Origin: an uncultured Chitinophagaceae bacterium
Lineage (GTDB): Bacteria; Bacteroidota; Bacteroidia; Chitinophagales; Chitinophagaceae
NCBI GenBank assembly: GCA_903883945.1
Contig: CAISCV010000198.1
Coordinates: forward strand, 5,235 to 69,234
Direction: 5' to 3'
Length of the DNA stretch: 64,000 nucleotides
Shown here one piece after another: positions 38,331 to 47,588 of this stretch (position 1 is the first letter of the stretch; every line of letters starts with the position of its first letter). The notes under the pieces are model-generated. The model saw nothing but the letters and a program-made list of their open reading frames with translations, had not been told where the DNA came from and did not search any database. The position numbers were made by a program, and so were the translations under genes.

Positions 38331-38560
38331 TTTTCAGACGGTCTGAACAGTTGTTTAAACCGTCTGATTTTTTTTAGACGTTCTCGAAGACCATTTAGAA
38401 CGTCTAGATTTATTTTAGACGTCCTCGAAGTTCATTTAGACGGTCTGAATTTATTTTAGACGCTCTCAAAATTCATTTAGAGCGTCTGGATTTATTTTTA
38501 ACGTCCTCGAAGACCATTTAGAGCGTCTAAATATATTTTAGACGTTCTCGTGGCTTATTT
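38331..38560. repeat. Array of ~10 sub-units with ~20.5-bp phase (TTTAGACGNYCTCGAAGNYCA alternating with TTTAGASCGTCTRRATTTAT) that form 5-6 consecutive hairpins
   Basis: The TAGACG / TAGAGCG core recurs at 38375, 38416, 38437, 38457, 38478, 38499, 38519 and 38539. One example of pairing is TAGACGTTCT...AGAACGTCTA. Confidence 0.85.
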
Positions 38561-38690
38561 AAACTGTATGGATATAGTTTGAATCTTCTGTGAATGTTTG
38601 TAAACAGTTCAAACAAATAGAAATCTATTCTTTTTCTGTATTGGGCACTGTTTTCTAGATCAATCCTATTTTTTGATTTTTTACAATCAA

Positions 38691-39209
38691 TTATCCTATC
38701 AAATAACGCTCTTGAAATATATGCTGGTGATGAATGATATGCCCGAAAATGATAAAACAAAGCGCATTTACAGAAATCACATAGTTACTAGCAATCCCTT
38801 TTCTGTTTAACTGATCTTCGGTGAAAGATTTAATCAGCGTATCTGTTGATTGACGTACAGATGCAAATTCTTCTTTCAAGCTAGTAAGTGTCCGGTGTAT
38901 TGCAGGTGCATGATCAGCATAACTATTTTCGTTAAATCCTGGTAAAGGCAACGATTCGCCCCTGCTAAAACTTAATGCCCTGTAAGCAAATATTCTTTCG
39001 GTATCTATCATGTGTTGCAACACCTGTTTTACCGTCCATTTACCATCGGCATAACTGTAATTGGCCTTTTCTTCGGGAATTGAATTGATGAAAGTAATAA
39101 AAGAAGTGCTATGGTTGGCAATTAGATCCAAAGGGGTCTCCCCTATTGCAGCATCAATATACCGCTGCTGATAAATTGTATGAAAAGTACCCGATATTGG
39201 ACGTGCCAT
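38691..39209 (-). CDS. DinB-family protein
   Basis: 172 aa. YSYADGKWTVKQVLQHMIDTERIFAYRALSFSRGESLPLPGFNENSYA and the C-terminal HHQHI fit the DinB_2 four-helix bundle with a His triad. Confidence 0.8.
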   Translation of the reverse strand: MARPISGTFHTIYQQRYIDAAIGETPLDLIANHSTSFITFINSIPEEKANYSYADGKWTVKQVLQHMIDTERIFAYRALSFSRGESLPLPGFNENSYADHAPAIHRTLTSLKEEFASVRQSTDTLIKSFTEDQLNRKGIASNYVISVNALCFIIFGHIIHHQHIFQERYLIG

Positions 39210-39224
39210 TAGTAAGATTTTTAA

Positions 39225-40886
39225 TTATTTTTTCTTCTTTTTAGTATTTTTTCTATTCACAAAAGCTTCTGCATTCACCACAGCCAAATAAGCATTTACC
39301 ACGCCACCGCTTCGGCAGAGGTCGCTCAATTTTACAGCTTCATCTGTACTAGGTTTTGTAACATTGCTATCCAAAGGAGTAACAGATTCTTCAATAATCT
39401 TCTTTGTTTCTATTGCTGTAAGTGTGGGATAGTAAGAACGAAGCAACGCTGCGATGCCTGCTACTACCGGCGATGCCATACTTGTACCATCCAGAAAGCC
39501 GTATTTGTTGCCATTGGGCAGGCAACTATAAATTTCGCTACCAGGCGCAAAAACATCTACACCTTGTTTACCATAATTACTAAAACTTGCAACATAGTTA
39601 TTGATTATGCTTATATCTCCACTAGCACCCACCGTTATTACGTTGGTAGCGTGCCCCCCATTTAAGAAATCGGTACTGGGATAACTTTCGGTACTGTCTA
39701 TATTTTTTCCATCATTACCTGCCGAATGCACCAACAGAACATCTTTGGAAGCTGCATACACAAATGCACTATCTACCCATTGTTTTTGTGGCGAGAAGCT
39801 TTTTCCAAAACTCATATTTATCACTTTGGCACCATTATCCACTGCATACCTAATGGCAAGGGCAATATCTTTATCGTATTCATCACCATCGGGTACCGCT
39901 CTCACCATCATAATCTTTACATTGTCTGCAATACCATTTATACCTATACCATTGGTTCTGTCGGCTGCAATAATGCCGCTCACATGGGTACCGTGCAAGC
40001 TTCCTTGACCCATTATATTGGCATTGCCATAGTACTTATCATTAAAATTGGCGTAATCATCTTTAATAATCGTTTTATGCACATCTACAGGAACTGTTTC
40101 TTTTTCCTCCAGTTCCCCATTTAATCTTTCTATTTCATGTCCTAGTTCATCCATAATGAAACTTTTTTTGGCTTCACTACCATAAGGCAATGCTTTCATC
40201 AGGTTAATAAACCCAAGTTTTGCTTTTTTGCCTTCAGAAGTTTTCATTTCAAATTTCTCTAGCTCTGTTTCGCTATAATCCAACACATTTGCTTCTTGCA
40301 TAATCAAGGTATCCCACCCCTTTAGCTTTTTTGAAATTCCCTTCATAGCTTTAGCTTGCGTGGCGCTTTCTACACTAGGTTCTATGTCTTTTGCGGCACG
40401 CTGCCACATTTTATAATGATATAATTCTATTTTACTAAGGGTATTTGTATCAATATTTTTATTAGAATACTCGTCTTTAAAACCGTGATATACGCGCGCT
40501 TTCTCCGATGACGCTTTCTCTACTTCTGTACCATCTCTACTACCCAAAAAGTTCCATCCATGTACATCATCTACATATCCATTACCATCATCATCAATGC
40601 CATTACCCGGAATTTCTTTTGGATTAGTCCATAAAACACCCTTTAGATCTTCATGAAGGGTATCAATTCCCGAATCGACTATCCCTACAATAATGGGGGT
40701 ACTTTTTTTATTTTTTAAGAATTGATAGGCTTTGTTAAGGCTGATACCAGCAAAGCTATCTACAGTTTTGTCTTTTAAATGCCATCCTTTAAAGTTGTCT
40801 TCCGGACTAGAAGATTGAGAAAAGGTGGTGGTAAAAATAAATGCGAGGCTTAAAAAACCAATTAAACGTACAATAGAATGTTTCAT
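39225..40886 (-). CDS. S8-family (subtilisin-like) serine peptidase
   Basis: The catalytic triad motifs are VGIVDSGID, HGTHVSGIIAA and GTSMASPVVAGIAALL. The signal-like start MKHSIVRLIGFLSLAFIF is at 40886; the ORF is open to 40928. Confidence 0.9.
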   Translation of the reverse strand: MKHSIVRLIGFLSLAFIFTTTFSQSSSPEDNFKGWHLKDKTVDSFAGISLNKAYQFLKNKKSTPIIVGIVDSGIDTLHEDLKGVLWTNPKEIPGNGIDDDGNGYVDDVHGWNFLGSRDGTEVEKASSEKARVYHGFKDEYSNKNIDTNTLSKIELYHYKMWQRAAKDIEPSVESATQAKAMKGISKKLKGWDTLIMQEANVLDYSETELEKFEMKTSEGKKAKLGFINLMKALPYGSEAKKSFIMDELGHEIERLNGELEEKETVPVDVHKTIIKDDYANFNDKYYGNANIMGQGSLHGTHVSGIIAADRTNGIGINGIADNVKIMMVRAVPDGDEYDKDIALAIRYAVDNGAKVINMSFGKSFSPQKQWVDSAFVYAASKDVLLVHSAGNDGKNIDSTESYPSTDFLNGGHATNVITVGASGDISIINNYVASFSNYGKQGVDVFAPGSEIYSCLPNGNKYGFLDGTSMASPVVAGIAALLRSYYPTLTAIETKKIIEESVTPLDSNVTKPSTDEAVKLSDLCRSGGVVNAYLAVVNAEAFVNRKNTKKKKK

Positions 40887-41156
40887 ATTTACAAAAATGC
40901 AGAAAAGAGGCATCAAAAGTGTCAGCAATCGCTATTTTACAAAAACTTTTTGATGAAAGTTTATAAGTAATGATATTATTTTATTCTTCTGAAGTAAATC
41001 TAAACACATTCAGGTTCGGTAAACAAAGTTTTTCAATCGGCACAGTTATAAGTTTCAATTTTATTTAGCCCGATAAAGCAAAACTTTTGTTATAAACCAA
41101 CACTAAATAGTGTTATAACTGAGATATTGGGTTTTTTTGAACAAAATATTTTGAAT

Positions 41157-41780
41157 ATGGTCAAGAAATTACTGCCACTTGTTGCTTGCATCTTTCTAAT
41201 TTCGATTACTAGCTATGCGCAACCGCTTGTTTTTGGGTTGAAAGGAGGATTAGACATGACTAAGCTTACCGGTCAGTCTTTTGGCAGCAATTACACTGCT
41301 TCATTCAATGCGGGAGTGTATGCTACTTCCAAATTCAATGCAAAATGGGGTTGGCAAACTGAAATTGTATATAACCAAGGGAATGAAGCAATAAATAGTA
41401 CAGGATTCACCCAAATTTATCTACCCTCTCAAGGGGCAAACCAGTCAACTATCAACAATGGTGCAACTATTGGTGCCGTAACAGTTCCATTTTTAATTAC
41501 TTATAAATTAAACAACTTTTTCTCGCTTTGTGCTGGACCACAATTCAGTTACAATGTATATACCGACCAAAATATGTTTGTAAACGGATTGGTTCCATTT
41601 AATCAAACCGATTTTTGGGGTTGTATAGGTGGCAAACTAGATCTGGCCGGTGTGAACTTTTATCTACGATACAACAATGGCTTCACCGACATTAATAAAT
41701 TAGGTGGCGATGCTTGGAAAAACCGCCAAATCAATTTCGGGTTGGAAGTTCCTTTACTTACCCTTAAGAAAAAGAAGTAA
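41157..41780 (+). CDS. Small outer-membrane beta-barrel protein
   Basis: It has a signal peptide (MVKKLLPLVACIFLISITSYAQ), alternating beta-strand patterns, and about 200 aa with the C-terminus FGLEVPL. Confidence 0.6.
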   Translation: MVKKLLPLVACIFLISITSYAQPLVFGLKGGLDMTKLTGQSFGSNYTASFNAGVYATSKFNAKWGWQTEIVYNQGNEAINSTGFTQIYLPSQGANQSTINNGATIGAVTVPFLITYKLNNFFSLCAGPQFSYNVYTDQNMFVNGLVPFNQTDFWGCIGGKLDLAGVNFYLRYNNGFTDINKLGGDAWKNRQINFGLEVPLLTLKKKK

Positions 41781-42227
41781 GCAGTTTCTTATTCTAATAG
41801 AATGATACAAGCTACCCAATAATTATTCTTTAACAAGAGAGGATGATTGGTTGATTTTGTTTTGATTGAGCGTAGAAGCTGTTGAGTTAAATGATTAGTA
41901 TTACTTAAGTACGTTTTTTTGATTGGAACAAAATAAATTTTATAGCCAAAGTCCAATGACCAAGGTAAAAAATTTAAAGCTGTTGTAGTCAATCTAAAAC
42001 ACCTTTTAAGTAATATCAGATATTTAACTCAAACAGCAAAATATTTTTTGAAACATAAATCCAATTTACAGAATAAATTGCGCCTATATTACGTTATACT
42101 GCCTACAGGCTTTATTATAACAAAATCGTCTGAATAGATTATAATGAAATTTAGGGGTAGCATCAGGCTTTCTTGGCTTTCAGATAGCTACCCATAAAAT
42201 TCTTATTAGTTGCAAAATCACAATGGT

Positions 42228-43649
42228 ATGCTTATTAATAAGTACTTAAAAACTTTACTGTTTTCAATCAGTTATTTCCTTGTTCTTGCTTCGTGGGGAC
42301 AATCGAATTATATTGGTTTTTATGGTACTTTCAACGATTATACCGGTGGATTAAATGGATTTAATTACGGCATTCTTCGGTATAATTATTACAAACCCGG
42401 TCCACAAATTGCTTTTCAACAATACCTCAGTCCTTTCTTTGACATTAAAGAAAACTTTGCTTACGATTGGGTGCAGTATGAGACACCTGCCAAAACTGCT
42501 GGTGTAGATGCTCAGTTTCTTTCTGCCGATTTAATTTTTAGATACAAATTTGCCAATGGCTATGCCCTTCCCATTGATGCAGATGTTGCTCCTTTTATAG
42601 AGTTTGGAGGGGGCGGCAACTATATAAAGTCTCGGCAGTTTGTGGCAGATCATTCCGGAATAGGCATTGCCGATGAAACGCGTTTGAATGCTTTGGCAGG
42701 AATAGGATTTTGTTTTCGCTTGAATGAATCTGTAAACTTCGAAATTGCCAGTAAGGTATATATGCCGATGTTAAATGGGTGGGATGGTCGCTATCAAGCA
42801 AACAATGATATCTGGAGCAATGCCATTTATACGCAAGAAAGTATTGGATTTACGGTACCATTAGGTAGAAATTCGGATGCAGACCATGATGGGGTTCCAG
42901 ACAAACGCGATTTGTGTCCCGGTACACCAAAAGGGGTACAAGTAGATGCCAATGGGTGCCCCATAGATAGCGATGGAGATGGCATTCCCGATTATCTAGA
43001 CAGATGCCCTACTGTTCCAGGGCTTGCGATGTATCAGGGATGTCCTACAGGAAATAACAACTACAACCCTACAACCAATCTAGATCCGGATTCTGATGGC
43101 GATGGCGTCCCCGATTCCAGGGATAAGTGTGCCAACACCCCCATCAATACCCCCGTAGATATAAATGGTTGTCCTGTTGTTCAAACAAATAATGACCTAG
43201 ATACTGATGGAGATGGTGTGCCAGACAAAATTGACAAATGTCCGAATACACCCGGACCGGCATCTAACAGGGGCTGTCCAGAAATAAAAGAATCGGTAAA
43301 AGCAAGACTTAAATTTGCTACCCGAGGTATTTACTTCGAAACAAGTAAAGCAATCATCAAGCAACAATCGTTTCCTATGCTAGATGAGATTGTTGATATT
43401 CTCAACCAATACCCCGACTACAATATACGTCTTACTGGCCATACAGATAATGTAGGTAACGATGCTTACAATGTGTCACTTTCACAAAGCAGGGTAGATG
43501 AAGTAATGCAGTATCTTGCACATAAAGGCATTAGTGCTAGCCGAATGGAGGCAATAGGGTATGGCAAAACGCATCCAATTGCCAATAACAATTCTGCCAT
43601 AGGTCGTGCATTAAACCGAAGGGTTGAAGTAGAATTGTACCTGAAATAG
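42228..43649 (+). CDS. OmpA-family protein with thrombospondin type-3 calcium-binding repeats
   Basis: Repeated DADHDGVPDKRDLCPGTP, DSDGDGIPDYLDRCP, DSDGDGVPDSRDKCANTP and DTDGDGVPDKIDKCPNTP motifs, plus a C-terminal OmpA domain (LTGHTDNVGNDAYNVSLSQSRVDEV...NRRVEV). Confidence 0.88.
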   Translation: MLINKYLKTLLFSISYFLVLASWGQSNYIGFYGTFNDYTGGLNGFNYGILRYNYYKPGPQIAFQQYLSPFFDIKENFAYDWVQYETPAKTAGVDAQFLSADLIFRYKFANGYALPIDADVAPFIEFGGGGNYIKSRQFVADHSGIGIADETRLNALAGIGFCFRLNESVNFEIASKVYMPMLNGWDGRYQANNDIWSNAIYTQESIGFTVPLGRNSDADHDGVPDKRDLCPGTPKGVQVDANGCPIDSDGDGIPDYLDRCPTVPGLAMYQGCPTGNNNYNPTTNLDPDSDGDGVPDSRDKCANTPINTPVDINGCPVVQTNNDLDTDGDGVPDKIDKCPNTPGPASNRGCPEIKESVKARLKFATRGIYFETSKAIIKQQSFPMLDEIVDILNQYPDYNIRLTGHTDNVGNDAYNVSLSQSRVDEVMQYLAHKGISASRMEAIGYGKTHPIANNNSAIGRALNRRVEVELYLK

Positions 43650-43893
43650 TATACAACAACCCAAATTATACAATAAGACTCTAGTGCAAGTCTCTACTAC
43701 TTCAAATACAACTATTTGATTGACTTATTCTACTTTGACAGAATTCATTATGTTTTCGGTCATAAAATCTGCTCAAACACTTGCATTTCTTGATTTTGAG
43801 CCTTTCGAAACGAGTCTCTTGCGTAATTTTATTTTAACTTTTCTTGTTGCAGTTACACAGTATTTTCACGGCTCAAAACAAAGCAATCATTGT

Positions 43894-44616
43894 ATGTTCA
43901 AAGTTATTTTGCCAATATTGGCACTATTTATCCTTTCAAGTAATGTTATTGCCCAATCTAAGGATGGGGGCTTGCTTTCGGGTGTTACCAGCATATTAAA
44001 AGGGGGACTTTCTAGTGAGGACATTGGCAAAGGATTAAAAGAAGCTTTATCTAAGGGTGCTACTACAGCAGCAAAACAACTAAGTGCTACCGATGGCTAC
44101 TTTGGTAATGCAGCTGTGAAAATATTGATGCCACCCGAAGCGCAAAAAATAGAAAAGAAACTAAGAGATTTTGGTATGGGTCAGCAAGTGGATGATGCCA
44201 TTTTGAGTATGAACAGAGCTGCAGAAAACGCAGCTCAAAGTGCTACCCCCATATTTATAGATGCCATTAAAAATATGAGCATTTCTGATGCTGCTGGTAT
44301 TTTGCAGGGTAATGATTCGGCAGCAACTGATTATTTGAAAGGTAAAACTACACCACAACTTACCGAGGCATTCAAGCCTGTAATAAAAACATCTTTAGAT
44401 AAGGTAGATGCCACTAGCAAATGGGCAACCATCATTGACTTATACAATAAGATACCATTTGTAAAAAAGATGAACCCCGATTTGGCTGCTTATGTTACAG
44501 ACAGGGCATTGTATGGTATGTTTGTACAGGTTGCACAGCAAGAAAAACAAATTAGAAAAGATCCTGTAGCACAAACTTCAAATTTACTTAAAAAGGTTTT
44601 TGGAAATAAGCAGTAG
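43894..44616 (+). CDS. DUF4197-like secreted protein
   Basis: The signal-like start MFKVILPILALFILSSNVIAQ is at 43894; the ORF is open from 43720. GLKEALSKGATTAAKQLSATDGYFGNAAVKILMPPEAQ matches the remembered DUF4197 N-terminal pattern. Confidence 0.65.
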   Translation: MFKVILPILALFILSSNVIAQSKDGGLLSGVTSILKGGLSSEDIGKGLKEALSKGATTAAKQLSATDGYFGNAAVKILMPPEAQKIEKKLRDFGMGQQVDDAILSMNRAAENAAQSATPIFIDAIKNMSISDAAGILQGNDSAATDYLKGKTTPQLTEAFKPVIKTSLDKVDATSKWATIIDLYNKIPFVKKMNPDLAAYVTDRALYGMFVQVAQQEKQIRKDPVAQTSNLLKKVFGNKQ

Positions 44617-45013
44617 CAAATGCTATGTATAGATAGAATCAGTCACTATAACTCTGCTCACCACTCACTCACCCTTTTGAGAAGGTTTTGTGCCAAAGGC
44701 TCACCAAATTTCAAATAAACCACATCCAACTTACAATAATGGACAGGAAACTTCAAATAACGATCAAACAATATTAAATAAACCCTAGGTGTGCTAAAAT
44801 AAACCTTACCAATCTTTTAAAAACGTTTCCCTTTCACTAATTATTTATATCTTAATAAAAAGGGTTTCTAAATCCTGTTAATAGTTATCGTAAGAACCTA
44901 ACGGTTCTCACTACATACCCTAATTATTTGAATAAAGGAGCATTTAATAAAATAAAGGGTGTGGGATCATTTTGGCGACGTAAAATTTAATGCCTCTACT
45001 CAATTATACCAAT

Positions 45014-45546
45014 TTACTTAATAAAAGTCTTATAGATAGGTCTTTCATAAGTAGTCGTATGTGTTATTGATTTTATCCTCTCCTTTTCTAAATACTTTTG
45101 AATAATGTTGTCCATGAATTTTTGCAAATCCTCAAGTTTTGTAAATGCCTTGTTGGTAATTTTTCTTTTCAGGAAAGCCCATACTTTTTCCGCTGGATTA
45201 AGTTCAGGACTGTATACAATGATGCTATATTATTGGGTATTACCAGTCTTGTTGCCTTATGAAAAGCACCTTTATCGAGGAATGATATTTTGTATTCATC
45301 GGGTTGCTATTTGGACAATTCATTCAAGAAAACTTCGAAACATTCCGTATTGCAGTAAGGCATATCCAACAATAGGCTACTGCCCGTTATGGGAGAAAAT
45401 GCGCCAAACAGATAAGTATTCTTAAAGTCTTGTACAAAAGGACAATCTGGCTTAACTCCCTTGAGTGTAATGGATTTACCGTTGCGTGAAAACAATCCAA
45501 ACTTACTGAACTGCGTTCGTAACCTTCGCATAAAGCTCCGCATCAT
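45014..45546 (-). pseudogene. IS630-family DDE transposase remnant (C-terminal half only, with an in-frame stop and a frameshift)
   Basis: Minus-strand translation gives ...YLFGAFSPITGSSLLLDMPYCNTECFEVFLNELSK*QPDEYKISFLDKGAFHKATRLVIPNNI. After a frame change it continues YSPELNPAEKVWAFLKRKITNKAF...IK*. The N-terminal HTH half is missing. Confidence 0.75.
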
Positions 45547-45632
45547 ACTTGTTTATCTTAAAAGTACACGTAGAAACTTTAGAAGTTTTACTTGTGTTTG
45601 GTTACAATGGCCTCAAGCGTGGTGTCTAACAA

Positions 45633-46667
45633 CTAAAAACTAACAACCACTTCCTTTACCAAAGCAGCTATTTTAGCAGCCTTTCTCAAATCTGCCTTAG
45701 CCTGTTTGTCCGCAATTAGTTGAGCAATAGTGGCATTTATTGCTTTTTCTTGGGCTTCCGTCATTATACCAGGAACAAGTGAAACTGTAAAACTATTCAT
45801 TTTGCCCCGCACAATGCCCATAGCCATTATCTTGGTAATATAACCCACCTTCTCAAAAGTGCCAGTTGTTGCCCCATCTTTTACAGTGGCATATTCCATA
45901 ATGCCAGACACGTTACTCATAGGCAATTCCTTCGTAGCTAGCATGGTACCCTTTACGCCAGCAAGTGCAACTCCTGTGTTTGCGTCGGTAATAGTAATTA
46001 CAACTGGCGTATGTCTCACAGTAATGTCAGGAAGTTTACATGCCTTCATCAGTCCATTATAAAATGCGGGATGCGGAATTTTATAATCTTTTACCAAACT
46101 TTTGAGATCGGCAATATCGGCAGTAGTAAGCCGCATAGCGGTATCGAAAGCTTTGGTAAGCACAGGGTTGTTTGTGTTTACCAAAACAGCAGACCCCTTC
46201 ATTGCTTTAAAACCATTTATCTTAGCCAAAAAACCAGTTAACTGTGGAGCAGTTAAATAGTCGGCAGTTATCAATAGCAGGTTATCATTCATTACATCAT
46301 ACACATTCATTAATCTGTTCGCACACTGTACGTCTGCTGCTATCGAATAAAAAGTAAATGTACCATTGAGTGCATCAGCTAATGTATGATTGCCAAGCAT
46401 ATCGAGCTTTACCCTACTCCTTGAACACAAATTTGCAGCTACTTCACACACTTCCTGCTTTTTAATTAATTTATCTAAACTATAACCCGAATTGTCTGCC
46501 GCAGCTTTATCACCCGCAAGCACTGCCGCCAAACAATCTGCTTCTGTTTTAGTGGCACAGGCACTAAAAGCTATATCGGCATTATAAATAGCCAAATTGG
46601 ATGGAAGCGTTAAAAAAGCACAAACGCCTAAATTTCTTGTTCCTTGTGCTACTTGAATATTATTCAT
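45633..46667 (-). CDS. Hypothetical protein (helical N-terminal part, C-terminal beta-sandwich-like domain, no signal peptide); distant paralog of 15100-16008
   Basis: 344 aa. See the alignment noted for 15100-16008. It has an extra C-terminal helical tail (TEAQEKAINATIAQLIADKQAKADLRKAAKIAALVKE). Confidence 0.7.
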   Translation of the reverse strand: MNNIQVAQGTRNLGVCAFLTLPSNLAIYNADIAFSACATKTEADCLAAVLAGDKAAADNSGYSLDKLIKKQEVCEVAANLCSRSRVKLDMLGNHTLADALNGTFTFYSIAADVQCANRLMNVYDVMNDNLLLITADYLTAPQLTGFLAKINGFKAMKGSAVLVNTNNPVLTKAFDTAMRLTTADIADLKSLVKDYKIPHPAFYNGLMKACKLPDITVRHTPVVITITDANTGVALAGVKGTMLATKELPMSNVSGIMEYATVKDGATTGTFEKVGYITKIMAMGIVRGKMNSFTVSLVPGIMTEAQEKAINATIAQLIADKQAKADLRKAAKIAALVKEVVVSF

Positions 46668-47039
46668 GTTGAGTAAATTTATTTGTAAAAAAAATGAATA
46701 GAAGTGGCTAGTTGTTAGTTGTTAGTAAAGAAGGATTGAGGATGAAAGAAAAGATAAGGTTTGACAGCAAAAAGCTTTAATGCACTCAAATAATCAAACC
46801 GTAAAACCTGAAACGGAAAACTTAGAATTTTTGCTTAACCCCTGAAAATTCAAAACTTAAGATTCAAAATTTACCATTTCTTTCTTTTGCTAAAACGCTG
46901 GGAAAATTAGCTGTAGAGACATGCGTAATGGTTCTTTTCGTATCAGATTGGAATGGTAATTATAACAAGCGAAAGTTTTAGGTAGCCGAACCAAGGGCGT
47001 ATCCAAAATTTCAGAATACCAAAGGTATCGCATATTGTT

Positions 47040-47372
47040 TCATTTAAAAATCATTAATTTAAAATATACAAAAATAAAGTTTTTGCAATCACCCGTATAG
47101 ACGCAAAGTATTACTTCTTGGGCGGAACGTCTCGTTTTTTTTACCCTTGCCTTGATTACAGATTTGACAACTTCTAAAAAGTTGTCAAATCCTATCAAAG
47201 TATCGGATAGTGCTATCAAAGTATCGGATAGTGCTATCAAAGTGTGGGATAGTGCTATCAAAGTATCGGATAGTGCTATCAAAGTATCGGATAGTGCTAT
47301 CAAAGTGTGGAATATCGCTATCTCGGATAGTGCTATCAAAGTATGAGGAATCGCTATCTCTTCCATATACAT
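47040..47372 (-). CDS. Candidate ORF containing heptad repeats (S-D/H-T-L-I-A-L); coding status unproven
   Basis: 110-aa ORF. The 21-bp array is in frame and on the same strand as the downstream paralog. The units are nearly identical, so there is no substitution pattern with which to test for coding. Confidence 0.25.
   Translation of the reverse strand: MYMEEIAIPHTLIALSEIAIFHTLIALSDTLIALSDTLIALSHTLIALSDTLIALSDTLIGFDNFLEVVKSVIKARVKKTRRSAQEVILCVYTGDCKNFIFVYFKLMIFK
47163..47189. repeat. Perfect palindrome TTTGACAACTT-ctaaa-AAGTTGTCAAA flanking the 21-bp array
   Basis: Read directly. The arms are 11 bp with a 5-nt spacer, and it ends 1 nt before the first array unit. It is operator-like, but no function has been demonstrated. 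Confidence 0.6.
47191..47362 (-). repeat. Tandem array of ~8 x 21 bp; gene-sense unit TCCGATACTTTGATAGCACTA (+ strand TATCGGATAGTGCTATCAAAG)
   Basis: Read directly. Two units carry GTGTGG instead of GTATCG, and the last two units are degenerate. Confidence 0.95.
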
Positions 47373-47588
47373 TAATTTGATTTTTTTAATTGCTACTAGG
47401 ACAGCCTTTGCGTTCTTAACTTTAAAATATCATTCAATTGCAATAAAGGTTCATTCAACATAAATTCGGAATCATATAGATTTGGTTAGTTCGATTATAT
47501 GGGTGCATTATTAATATTCATGACTTACATCATTTACTACTCATTACAAAAGTTTGAATACGTTTAAGTTGTTTAATAGTATAATTTA

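Noticed and set aside
38527-38760. 77-aa minus-strand ORF spanning the end of the hairpin array and the DinB gene 3' end
   Set aside because: It overlaps the DinB-family CDS out of frame and runs into repeat DNA. No motif supports it.
41789-41992. 67-aa minus-strand ORF in the spacer between the small beta-barrel gene and the OmpA-family gene
   Set aside because: It is short, has no recognisable features, and lies in the probable promoter region of the OmpA-family gene. It cannot be supported as a gene.
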